Assembly (NCBI GenBank): GCA_019310965.1
Contig: JAFDDG010000005.1
Location: 16,227 to 80,226 of the forward strand
Length of the DNA: 64,000 bases
Source: Deltaproteobacteria bacterium
GTDB taxonomy: Bacteria > Myxococcota_A > UBA9160 > SMWR01
Direction: 5' to 3'
Shown: positions 1-8,709 of the stretch, one piece after another
Layout: each line of letters opens with the position of its first letter
Numbering within the stretch: the stretch's first letter is position 1
The notes under the pieces: generated by a model
Told to the model about the DNA's origin: nothing
Seen by the model: only the letters and a program-made list of their open reading frames with translations
Database searches by the model: none
Position numbers and translations under genes: made by a program

Positions 1-689
1 ATTCCGAGCGGGCCACCGGGCAGGCGGTGCAGACGAGCACCTTCGGCGAGACGCTGCGCTACCTGCTCTCCTGCCGCTCCTGGGTCCGTCTCGTGGTGGG
101 CGCGAGCTTCATCTCCCTGATGGGTTACGGCGTTCTCATGTGGGGCTTCGAGTTCTACGGACGCGTGCACGGCCTGTCGCCCATCGAAATTGGAAGCTGG
201 ATGGCGGTGATCGTCGGCATCGGCGGCAGCGCCGGTGCCTACCTGGGGGGTGCGCTGGCCGATCGACTCGGCCAGCGCGATCCGGCCTGGTACATGCGCT
301 TGCCAGCCATCGTCACCCTGATCGCGCTGCCCTTCGGGTTCGTCTTCCTGCTCGCCGACTCGAGTCGGGTTTCGATGCTCTTCTTCTTCGCCTTCTATCT
401 GCTCTCGAATGTCTACGTCCCGACCATCCACACGCTCAACCAGAACCTGTCCAAGCTGCGCATGCGCGCCACCGCCTCGGCGATCCTGCTCTTCATCATC
501 AATATCGTGGGAGCGGGAGCGGGCCCCTTCGTGGTCGGCTTCCTTAACGATCAGTACGCGGCCCACTTCGGCGGAGAGGCGATCCGCTACTCGCTGCTCA
601 CGCTCGCGACGACAGGTGTACTGGGAGCCTTCTTCTTCCATCGTGCGAGCCGCTCCCTGCCCGGAGATCTGGCACGGCACGAAGTGTGA
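1..689 (+). CDS. MFS transporter, C-terminal part (gene continues upstream of the window)
   Basis: Frame is open from nt 3. About 6 hydrophobic helices with G-rich loops (IVGIGGSAGAYLGGALADRLG, INIVGAGAGPFVVGFL). High GC3. Confidence 0.75.
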   Translation, partial: SERATGQAVQTSTFGETLRYLLSCRSWVRLVVGASFISLMGYGVLMWGFEFYGRVHGLSPIEIGSWMAVIVGIGGSAGAYLGGALADRLGQRDPAWYMRLPAIVTLIALPFGFVFLLADSSRVSMLFFFAFYLLSNVYVPTIHTLNQNLSKLRMRATASAILLFIINIVGAGAGPFVVGFLNDQYAAHFGGEAIRYSLLTLATTGVLGAFFFHRASRSLPGDLARHEV

Positions 690-742
690 GAGCGGCGATG
701 GTTTGACTTCGCGTCGGGCGAAGGATATGAACGAGGGCCAGG

Positions 743-1792
743 ATGCGTATCGAGGCGACGATCACCGACCCGCCCGATCTCCAGGAGCTGATTCGGCACG
801 GCCGGCGCCTGGACGAGATCGGCTTCGACACGATCCTCTTCACCGAGGCGGGTCACGATCCCTTCCTGCCCGCCATGGCTCTCGCCGAGCACACACAGCG
901 TGCCCAGCTCGGCACGGGGATCGCGATCGCCTTTCCGCGCAGCCCCTTCGTCACGGCCCAGATCGCGTGGGACCTCCAGCGCTACACCGGCGGCCGTTTC
1001 TTGCTCGGCCTCGGCACCCAGGTGAAGGGCCATAACGAGCGTCGCTACTCGACGCCGTGGCCCTCGCCGCCGGGGCCGCGCCTGCGCGAGTACATCCTCT
1101 GCCTGCGGGCGATCTTCGAGACGTTCCAGACCGGGGCTCGCCCCGAATTCAAAGGCGAGCACTACCAGTTCACCCTGAGCTCGCCGTTCTTCAACCCGGG
1201 GCCCAACCCCGACGGGGGCCGGGTTCCCCTCTACGTCTCCGCGGTCAACCGTTACAACTGCGGCCTGGCGGGCGAGCTGTGCGACGGGATTCGCATGCAT
1301 CCGCTCAACACGGCCCGCTACATCGAAGAAGTGATCCGGCCCGCAGCCGCGGAGGGAGCGAAGCGGGCGGGTCGCGATCTGTCGGAGATCGATTTCGCGG
1401 TCAACCCGTTCACCATCACCGGCGAGAACGAGGCCGAGCTCGCGCGCTCCCGGGAGCTGATCCGTCGCCACGTGTCGTTCTACGCCTCCACTCGCGCCTA
1501 CTTCGGCGTGATGGAGCTGCACGGCTGGAGCGACGTGGCCGAGCGGCTCTACCGGCTCTCCACCGAGGGTCGCTGGGACGACATGCCCGAGCTCGTCAGC
1601 GACGAAATGCTGGATGAGCTGGCCGTCGTCGGCACCCTGGAGGAGCTGCCTGCGAGGCTGGCGGAGCGCTTTGGCGGACTCGCCACCAGCATCAACCTGG
1701 TCTTCGGTCCCCCCTACGCAGAGCTGCAGGAGCGCCAGCGGAGCATGTTCGAGAGCCTCGGGCCGATCATGCCGGCGCTCAAGCGGATCTAG
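743..1792 (+). CDS. LLM-class (luciferase-like) oxidoreductase, probably F420-dependent
   Basis: 349 aa ORF. GFDTILFTEAGHDPFLP...FPRSPFVTAQIAWDLQ...LGLGTQVKGHNERRY is typical of the luciferase-like TIM-barrel family. Tandem paralogue follows. Confidence 0.85.
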   Translation: MRIEATITDPPDLQELIRHGRRLDEIGFDTILFTEAGHDPFLPAMALAEHTQRAQLGTGIAIAFPRSPFVTAQIAWDLQRYTGGRFLLGLGTQVKGHNERRYSTPWPSPPGPRLREYILCLRAIFETFQTGARPEFKGEHYQFTLSSPFFNPGPNPDGGRVPLYVSAVNRYNCGLAGELCDGIRMHPLNTARYIEEVIRPAAAEGAKRAGRDLSEIDFAVNPFTITGENEAELARSRELIRRHVSFYASTRAYFGVMELHGWSDVAERLYRLSTEGRWDDMPELVSDEMLDELAVVGTLEELPARLAERFGGLATSINLVFGPPYAELQERQRSMFESLGPIMPALKRI

Positions 1793-1811
1793 CTTGCGCG
1801 TCGGGATTGCG

Positions 1812-2852
1812 ATGATCGAGGGCTACCGCTTCACGCGGGAGGTCACCAGCCTCGGTTTCGAGGGGCTCGCCGCGACGGCCCGCAAGATCGAGGCGCTGGG
1901 CTTCGACGGCATCATCTCCTCCGAGACGGCGGGCCACGACCCCTTCTTTCCGCTGCTGATCGCCGCCGAGCACACCGAGCGTGTCGGCCTGATGACGGGC
2001 GTCGCCGTCTCCTTCCCGCGCAGCCCGATGGCCGTCGCGCAGATGGCTTGGGATCTGCAGCGACTCTCGGCCGGCCGTTTCGCGCTGGGGCTGGGCACCC
2101 AGGTCAAGGGCCACAACGAGCGGCGCTACGGGACCCCCTGGACGGGGCCCCCCGGACCCCGCATGCGCGAGTACATCCTGTGCCTGCAGGCGATCCTCCG
2201 CACCTTCCAGAATCGCGACGAGCCCAGCTTCTTCGAGGGAGAGCACTACCGGTTCACGATGCTGCCGCCGGTCTTCAGCCCCGAGCCCATCGAGCACCCG
2301 CGCATCCCCATCCACATCGCCGCGGTCAACACCTACATGGCCCGACTCGCCGGCGAGGTGTGCGACGGAGTCTTCGCGCACCCCGTCTGCACCGCCCGCT
2401 ACATGCGGGAAGTGATGTTGCCCAGCATCGAGGCCGGGGCACGCAAGGCGGGCCGCGATGTCTCGGAGATCGAGATCATCGGCGCTCCGATCATCGTCAC
2501 CGGAAGGAATGCAGAGGAGCTGCGGGAAGAGCGCGAGCTGCTGAAGCGGCGCGTGGCCTTCTACGCCTCGACCCGCACCTACGCCCGCGTGTTCGAAGTG
2601 CATGGCTGGCAGGAGCTGGGGCTCCGGCTCCATCGGCTGTCGCTCGAGAATCGCTGGGACGAGATGGTGAAGCTCATCCCCGACGAGATGGCGGAGGAGT
2701 TCGCCACCGTCGCCCCGCTCGACGAGATCGGGCCGAGGCTGAAGCAGCGCTGGGAGGGCATCCTCAGCACCATCAACTTCCCGACAGACTTCCCTCTGGC
2801 GACGCCGGACGATGAGAAGGGCGCCCGGGAGATCCTGAAGGCGCTTCGTTAG
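1812..2852 (+). CDS. LLM-class (luciferase-like) oxidoreductase, tandem paralogue
   Basis: ATG at 1812 (MIEGYRF...) is chosen over the 1614 start, which overlaps the upstream gene. Collinear with the 743..1792 product (GHDPFFP, FPRSPMAVAQMAWDLQ, LGLGTQVKGHNERRYGTPW). Confidence 0.85.
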   Translation: MIEGYRFTREVTSLGFEGLAATARKIEALGFDGIISSETAGHDPFFPLLIAAEHTERVGLMTGVAVSFPRSPMAVAQMAWDLQRLSAGRFALGLGTQVKGHNERRYGTPWTGPPGPRMREYILCLQAILRTFQNRDEPSFFEGEHYRFTMLPPVFSPEPIEHPRIPIHIAAVNTYMARLAGEVCDGVFAHPVCTARYMREVMLPSIEAGARKAGRDVSEIEIIGAPIIVTGRNAEELREERELLKRRVAFYASTRTYARVFEVHGWQELGLRLHRLSLENRWDEMVKLIPDEMAEEFATVAPLDEIGPRLKQRWEGILSTINFPTDFPLATPDDEKGAREILKALR

Positions 2853-2949
2853 GCGAGACCGAGAGCCGCAGACCGGCGCGGCCCGGCCGAGCCCCTCCCC
2901 AACCGGCCCTCCGGCCGGCCTCCGCGAGGAGGCAGGACGCACACCGTCC

Positions 2950-3744
2950 TCACTGACCCCAGCCCTCCTCGAGTTCCGGCGCGCCGAGGACCGCGCTCTG
3001 ACCGCAGTCCACGTTGAGGATCTGGCCGTTGATGCCCGAGGCCTCGTCCGACGCCAGGAAGAGCACGGCGTTTGCGATCTCGTGTGGCTGCGTCAGCCGG
3101 CCGGCCGGCATCAGCTTCTCGAGCGCGCGCCGCTGCGGCGTGCCCTCCGGATAGACTGCGAGGGTCCCCGCTGTGGCCACGGCTCCCGGCGCCACCGCGT
3201 TGACGCGAATGCCCGCCGCGGCGGCTTCCACCGCCGCGCTGCGAGTCAGGTTCTCCACTCCAGCCTTGGCAGCCCCGTAGCCGCCGAGCGAGGCCTGGCC
3301 GCCCTGCGCGGCGAGCGAGGAGATGTTGACGATCGCTCCGCCGCCACGGGAGCTCATGATGCGCAGCGCCGCGCGCAGGCCGAAGAAGGTGCCGTGAAGC
3401 GTGACTTCGAAGCAGCGACGCCAGTCTTCGGTCGACAGGCTCTCGAGCGGGCCGGCCACCATCGCGAAGGCGCAGTTGACCAGGACGTCGAGGCGCCCGT
3501 GTCGTCCGGCCAGCTCCTCGAGCAGCGCAGCGAAGGCGCGCTCGTCGCCGACGTCGACCACGGCGGCCTCGGCGCGGCCGCTCGCGTCGCGGATCTCGCG
3601 GGACACGGCCTCGGCCGCCTCTGCGTTGAGGTCGGCGATGACCACGCTGGCCCCTTCGCGAGCGAAGCGGCGGGCGGTCTCGGCGCCAATGCCCGAGGCC
3701 GCTCCGGTAATCACGGTCACTCTGTCTCGAAAGCGCTCCGGCAC
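2950..3744 (-). CDS. SDR-family oxidoreductase
   Basis: TGAASGIG dinucleotide motif and YGAAKAG (YxxxK). GTG start preceded by GGGAGGA. Confidence 0.9.
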   Translation of the reverse strand: MPERFRDRVTVITGAASGIGAETARRFAREGASVVIADLNAEAAEAVSREIRDASGRAEAAVVDVGDERAFAALLEELAGRHGRLDVLVNCAFAMVAGPLESLSTEDWRRCFEVTLHGTFFGLRAALRIMSSRGGGAIVNISSLAAQGGQASLGGYGAAKAGVENLTRSAAVEAAAAGIRVNAVAPGAVATAGTLAVYPEGTPQRRALEKLMPAGRLTQPHEIANAVLFLASDEASGINGQILNVDCGQSAVLGAPELEEGWGQ

Positions 3745-3956
3745 GATCGTTCCTCCCTTTCCTCATCATCTAGCACTGCCCACATCTCCATCGCTCCCAG
3801 GCTGCGAAGCGGTGAACCCCGGTTGTCGACTTCTCGTCGTCTGCGCCGTCACACCGGGTCTGTGAAGGGAGGCAGAAGACGTTGCATCGACCGCTTGAAC
3901 TTACCACCACGCACGCCGCCGCGGTTATACTGGCTCCCCATTCATCGGAGGCACCC

Positions 3957-5645
3957 ATGATCTACGACCTGATCATCCGCGGCGGTCGCATCGTCGACGG
4001 CACGGGCCTCAAGGCCTACTCGGCCGATCTCGCTGTGCGGGACGGTCGCATCGCGAAAATCGGACGCATTGACGAGAGCGCGGAACGCGTCTACGACGCG
4101 ACCGGGCTCATCGTCTCCCCCGGCTTCATCGACGTCCACACCCACTACGACGTGCAGCTCGACTGGGACCCGCTCGCGACGCCGTCGTCGTGGCACGGCG
4201 TCACCACCGTGATGGCCGGCAACTGCGGCTTCACGCTCGCGCCGGCGAAGCCGGAGGATGTCGAATGGCTCGCCAGGATGCTGAGCCGCGTCGAGGGCAT
4301 GTCGCCCGCCGCCCTCAGCGAGGGCCTGCGTTTCGAGGGCGGCGGCTTCGGCGACTTCTGGGGTCGCTTCGAGGGCAAAGTCGGTGTGAACGTCGGCGCC
4401 TACGTGGGACACTGTGCGGTACGCCGCTTCGTGATGGGCGACGACGCCTCGGAGCGCGAGGCGACCGCGCAAGAAATCGAAGCGATGCAGGAGCTGGTGC
4501 GCCAGGCGATGCGCGAGGGCGCCATCGGCTTCTCGACCTCTCAGCTCGACATTCACGTGGCCGAGGACGGCCGCGAGGTGCCCTCGAATCACGCCTCGCA
4601 AGAAGAAATCGTCGCGCTGTGCGCCGTGATCGCGGAGTTCGACCACGGAGCGGTCGAGATCATCCCTCACAGCTTCGCCGCCGGTTACGACGAGGCCGAC
4701 CGCAAGCTGCTGGTCGACATGTACTTTGCATCGGGCAAGCCGGTGGAGCTCAATCCAATGATTCCGAGCACCACGAATCCCATGGGCTGGAAAGCCACGC
4801 TCGACTTCGTCAGCGAGATGGCCGAGCAGGGTGTGCGACTACACCCGATGTGCTCGCTCAACAAGCTCGAAGCGCACATACGCCTGTTCGACACGTTCCT
4901 GCTCGATGAGAGCCTGCTGTGGCGCGACACGCTGTGCCTGCCCGAACCCGAGCGGATGAACGCGCTGCGCGATCCCGCCATGCGCGAGAAGCTCCGGGAA
5001 GCAAACGACGACCCGGAGGGCCGCGCGTTCATCCTCGACTTCGGGCGGCTCGTAGTCGAACAGGCGACCACCCAGGCGAACAAGGCCCTCGAGGGTCGTG
5101 AGGTCGGCGACATCGCGAAGGAGCGCGGAATCAGCCCGCTCGACTGCTTCCTCGATCTCGCGCTCTCGGAAGATCTCCACATGAGCTTCTACGCCGAGAT
5201 GGACGAGACCGCGAAGGAGTTCATCAAGCACATCAATCGGGAGGCCGTCGCGAACCCGATGGTGATGGCGGGCTCGAGCGATGGGGGCGCACACCTGGCG
5301 ACGTTCGTCGGCGCCGACTACACGACGCGGCTGCTCTCCGAGTACGTGCCGGATCCCCTGAGCCTCGAGCAGGCCATCTACCGCCTCACCGGCATGCCGG
5401 CCACGGTGCACGATCTGAAGGATCGGGGGACCCTGCGCGTGGGTGCCAAGGCCGACATCGTGTGCTTCGACGCGGCAAAGCTGCAGGCGGGCCGCGCCTA
5501 CCTCGTGGAAGACTTCCCGGCGAAATCGAGCCGTTACGTGGTCGACTCCGAGGGCTACAAGCTCACCGTCGTGAATGGACAGATCCTGATCGAGGACGGG
5601 AAGCATACGGGAGCACTGCCCGGCGAAGTGCTGCTCGGGGCGTGA
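3957..5645 (+). CDS. Amidohydrolase, N-acyl-D-amino-acid deacylase (D-aminoacylase) family
   Basis: MIYDLIIRGGRIVDGTG...SPGFIDVHTHYD metal-binding HxH motif. ATG at 3957 lies 6 nt after GGAGG. About 560 aa. Confidence 0.85.
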   Translation: MIYDLIIRGGRIVDGTGLKAYSADLAVRDGRIAKIGRIDESAERVYDATGLIVSPGFIDVHTHYDVQLDWDPLATPSSWHGVTTVMAGNCGFTLAPAKPEDVEWLARMLSRVEGMSPAALSEGLRFEGGGFGDFWGRFEGKVGVNVGAYVGHCAVRRFVMGDDASEREATAQEIEAMQELVRQAMREGAIGFSTSQLDIHVAEDGREVPSNHASQEEIVALCAVIAEFDHGAVEIIPHSFAAGYDEADRKLLVDMYFASGKPVELNPMIPSTTNPMGWKATLDFVSEMAEQGVRLHPMCSLNKLEAHIRLFDTFLLDESLLWRDTLCLPEPERMNALRDPAMREKLREANDDPEGRAFILDFGRLVVEQATTQANKALEGREVGDIAKERGISPLDCFLDLALSEDLHMSFYAEMDETAKEFIKHINREAVANPMVMAGSSDGGAHLATFVGADYTTRLLSEYVPDPLSLEQAIYRLTGMPATVHDLKDRGTLRVGAKADIVCFDAAKLQAGRAYLVEDFPAKSSRYVVDSEGYKLTVVNGQILIEDGKHTGALPGEVLLGA

Positions 5646-5852
5646 AGTGGCCAGTGTGGCCGTCACCGGGGTCGAAGCCGAGGACCTGCGCCAGAGTGAT
5701 GGCGCTGCTGGGCGACCGCGGTTCGACGCTCGACGAGGGTCGCTGGCAAGATGACCGGGCCCGTCTCGTAGCCTGGTGAATCGATCTCGTGGGTTGGCTA
5801 TTCGACCGATCGCGCCGGGGCGCACGGGGGGCCCGAACGGAGGCTGACCTGC

Positions 5853-6722
5853 ATGACCATCACCTCGGACGAGTTCCGGCAGCGGTACGGTCCCACCGCC
5901 CTCGTTACCGGTGCATCATCGGGTATCGGTGAGCAACTTGCGCGGGCGCTCGCCGAGCGGGGTCTGGGCCTCGTGCTCGTGGCGCGACGTCGGGAGCTCC
6001 TCGAGGGCCTCGCCGAGGCGCTGAGCCAGAGATACGGCATCGAGGCGGTCGCCGTCGCCGTCGACCTGGCACGGCCGGACTTCCTCGACGAGCTGCTTCC
6101 CGCTTGTGCCGGCATGGACATCGGGCTGGTCGTGAGCAACGCCGGTTTCGGCGTCAAGGGCCGCCTCCACGAAACGCCCCCCGAGCAGCTCGAAGGCATG
6201 CTCGATGTCAACTGCCGCGCGCCGCTGTTGCTGGCCCGCGCCTTTGCCCCGCGCTTGCTCGAGCGCGGTCGCGGCGGCTTCCTCGTGACGGCATCCATCG
6301 AAGGCTACCTGGGCTTCCCGCACTCGGCGGCCTATGCAGCCACCAAGGCCTTCGTGCGCTCGCTTGGCGAGGGGATCTGGCAGGAGTACCGGGAGCAGGG
6401 CCTCGACGTGCTGGTGCTGTCTCCGGGCGCCACCGACACCGAGGTGTTCGCCCGGCTGGGCATGGACCCGAAGGCGCTCCGCGCCATGGCGCCCGAGGTC
6501 GTGGCCCGCCAGGCGTTGGGACAGCTGGGGCGGGGCCCGGATTTCATCCCGGGCTTCAGCAATCGGCTCTTCGTCCGCGTGCTGCGCATCCTGCCCCGCA
6601 GGTTGGCCCTGCGCATAGCCGGAACCAATATGCGCAAGGCTCTCGACGCCGCCCGCCCCCCGGAGCCAGCCGACCCCGCCCCGGCGCAGGAATCGCAGCC
6701 ACCCCGCGGCGAGGAGCCCTGA
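5853..6722 (+). CDS. SDR-family oxidoreductase
   Basis: VTGASSGIG and YAATKAF (YxxxK). GGAGG upstream of the ATG. Confidence 0.85.
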   Translation: MTITSDEFRQRYGPTALVTGASSGIGEQLARALAERGLGLVLVARRRELLEGLAEALSQRYGIEAVAVAVDLARPDFLDELLPACAGMDIGLVVSNAGFGVKGRLHETPPEQLEGMLDVNCRAPLLLARAFAPRLLERGRGGFLVTASIEGYLGFPHSAAYAATKAFVRSLGEGIWQEYREQGLDVLVLSPGATDTEVFARLGMDPKALRAMAPEVVARQALGQLGRGPDFIPGFSNRLFVRVLRILPRRLALRIAGTNMRKALDAARPPEPADPAPAQESQPPRGEEP

Positions 6723-6952
6723 CCGCGAGGCAGACGGGAGATTCGAGCTGCCTTTCCCCACCGTCCGACAAGGAGATGGGTCAAGCAGGCGAGAGGCCCC
6801 GAGGGGGGCACCCGAGCGCCTCCGGTAGAGCCGGGGCGGTTCGCGTCGATGCGCACGATCCAAGCTGGGTTCAAGTGTGGGCCCCGGAATTCCGTGTAGA
6901 GGGGGGGGAAGTTCCAGCGCGGCTCGTGAGCGAGCCGGCCAGAGGCGATCAC

Positions 6953-8638
6953 GTGACGGCGGATTTCGAACTTCGCGAGCGAATCCAGGCCTTTTCGCAG
7001 CTGCGTGCGGCCCAGCGAGCCCTAGCCCGCTGCATGCATCCGGCGGTTCTGGCTCCGGTGAGGGAGCAGGGCCGACAGCTTCTCATCCAGCTCAAGGCCC
7101 TCGACGACCACGAGACCACTGGCGCCTTGGCTTCCGCGGAGGCCGATCTGGCCGAGGTCGACCGCCTGCTCTCCCACCAGATCGGGCAGACCCTCGAAGT
7201 CGTGGCTTCGCTCGACTTCGTGCAGGTGCGCTCGTCCGGCGCACTGCTGTGCAGCACCTACCGGGACGAGACGAGCGCGCTGATCGACCTGGTGCTGGAG
7301 GGCGACCTCAGAGCCAACCACTCGCTCCGCCTCATCGAGTTCCTCGTCACGATGCTCGCAACCGAGGAGTCGGACGGGAGGCGCAGGGCGGTGCACGAGC
7401 CCAGCGAGCTCACGCCGGGTCTCAGCAGGGTCGCGCAGGAGCGCGTCTCGGATCTCGGCCAGAGGTTTCGGGCGGGCTTGTCCACCCTCGAAAACGCGAC
7501 AGAGAGTCTCAACCGCGGAGTCGACCAACACGAGCTGCGGGACGAGCTCCGCGCCTGCAAGAAGCAGCTCGGCGTCGACATTCTGCATCCGCGCGTGCTG
7601 GCCACCGCGGTCGCCTACAACGTGGCCATGTGGAATCAGGTGGCAGCCCAGATCGACAGCACGCTGGCGATCGACGAGTTCGCGGACGACCTGCTCGCCG
7701 AATTCTCGGGCGCGCCTGAGGTGGCTCGTCGGGGCCAGCCCCAGGAGGACCAGACGGCGCGGGGGGCCTTCATCGGATCCACGGGATTTGCCCGCCTCGT
7801 CGCCGCGGTTCGCACGCACATCAGAGGGCAAGTGGCTTCGGACCCGGACGAGCTCGCACGACGAATCGTTGACGTGTTCAAGTTCGATGACCTGGTGCCG
7901 CGCGAGGTGGAAGCCCTTGAGACGGACGACGTCGACCCCATCAACGAGCTGATCTGCGCGTCGATCGTGCTCGGACGCACCATCCGGCACGGAGCGGAGG
8001 TGCAGGAGGATCTCCGCGAGCTGGGCGTCGATCCGGAAGCGCTTGCGACCCAGGGCCTGACCGCGCTCATGGAGGAGATGAGGGGGGCGGCTGGCAAGCT
8101 CTTTGCGGACAGCCGCTACGACGAGGCCTTCGAGCTTTCCCAAGTGAAAACCCGGAACCTGGCGACGCTAGCGGTTGCCGATCGCGCCTCGACCAGCGGA
8201 TCGGGCGAGGCGATCGGAAAACCAGCGTCGTCGGGAAGGCGATGGCGGCTCCCTTTCAACCTCGACCTCTCCCCCGGCCTGGCGGCGAAGATGGTGGCCA
8301 CCATTCTGGGTGTCGCGCTGGTGGCCGTCATGCTGTCGCGGCCCGGGGGAGATGCTCGCAGCCTGTCGCCGGGCGAGCTCGCCGAGGTCTCGCCCTTCCT
8401 CGTTTCGGGCCGCCAAGGAATCCAGGAGGGCGTGCGGGTCTTCATTGGCAAGCTCGACCCCACTTGGGAGTACCTCGGGACCAAGGAGCGGAGGGCTGTT
8501 GCCAACGAGATCGGCGAGCGGCTCCAGGAGTTCGAACTCCACACCGTGGTGCTGCGCGGCGTGGGGGCGCGGATGATGGCTCGCTGGGAGAACGGAGCCA
8601 TCACCTTGCTCGTGCCAAAGCCCGCGGTCGACCCGTAG
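6953..8638 (+). CDS. Hypothetical protein with one C-proximal transmembrane helix; no family recognised
   Basis: Long high-GC3 frame. GC3 is visibly lower upstream of about 6930, so GTG 6953 (AGAGG 7 nt upstream) is preferred to ATG 6776. One hydrophobic segment (MVATILGVALVAVML) is followed by about 100 aa. Start is uncertain. Confidence 0.6.
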   Translation: MTADFELRERIQAFSQLRAAQRALARCMHPAVLAPVREQGRQLLIQLKALDDHETTGALASAEADLAEVDRLLSHQIGQTLEVVASLDFVQVRSSGALLCSTYRDETSALIDLVLEGDLRANHSLRLIEFLVTMLATEESDGRRRAVHEPSELTPGLSRVAQERVSDLGQRFRAGLSTLENATESLNRGVDQHELRDELRACKKQLGVDILHPRVLATAVAYNVAMWNQVAAQIDSTLAIDEFADDLLAEFSGAPEVARRGQPQEDQTARGAFIGSTGFARLVAAVRTHIRGQVASDPDELARRIVDVFKFDDLVPREVEALETDDVDPINELICASIVLGRTIRHGAEVQEDLRELGVDPEALATQGLTALMEEMRGAAGKLFADSRYDEAFELSQVKTRNLATLAVADRASTSGSGEAIGKPASSGRRWRLPFNLDLSPGLAAKMVATILGVALVAVMLSRPGGDARSLSPGELAEVSPFLVSGRQGIQEGVRVFIGKLDPTWEYLGTKERRAVANEIGERLQEFELHTVVLRGVGARMMARWENGAITLLVPKPAVDP

Positions 8639-8709
8639 GCGGCAGAAGGCCGCGCTCGGAAGGACGAGAGCAAAGGCTCGCTCGGCGCCGCCCGGCAGCC
8701 GGCGAGCTC

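Noticed and set aside
6104-6952. N-terminal 280 codons of the 844-aa ORF (track start 6104)
   Set aside because: It overlaps the SDR gene 5853..6722 in another frame. The translated sequence is Arg/Pro/Gly-rich, and third-position G/C drops between 6776 and about 6930. Only the part from about 6953 is treated as coding.
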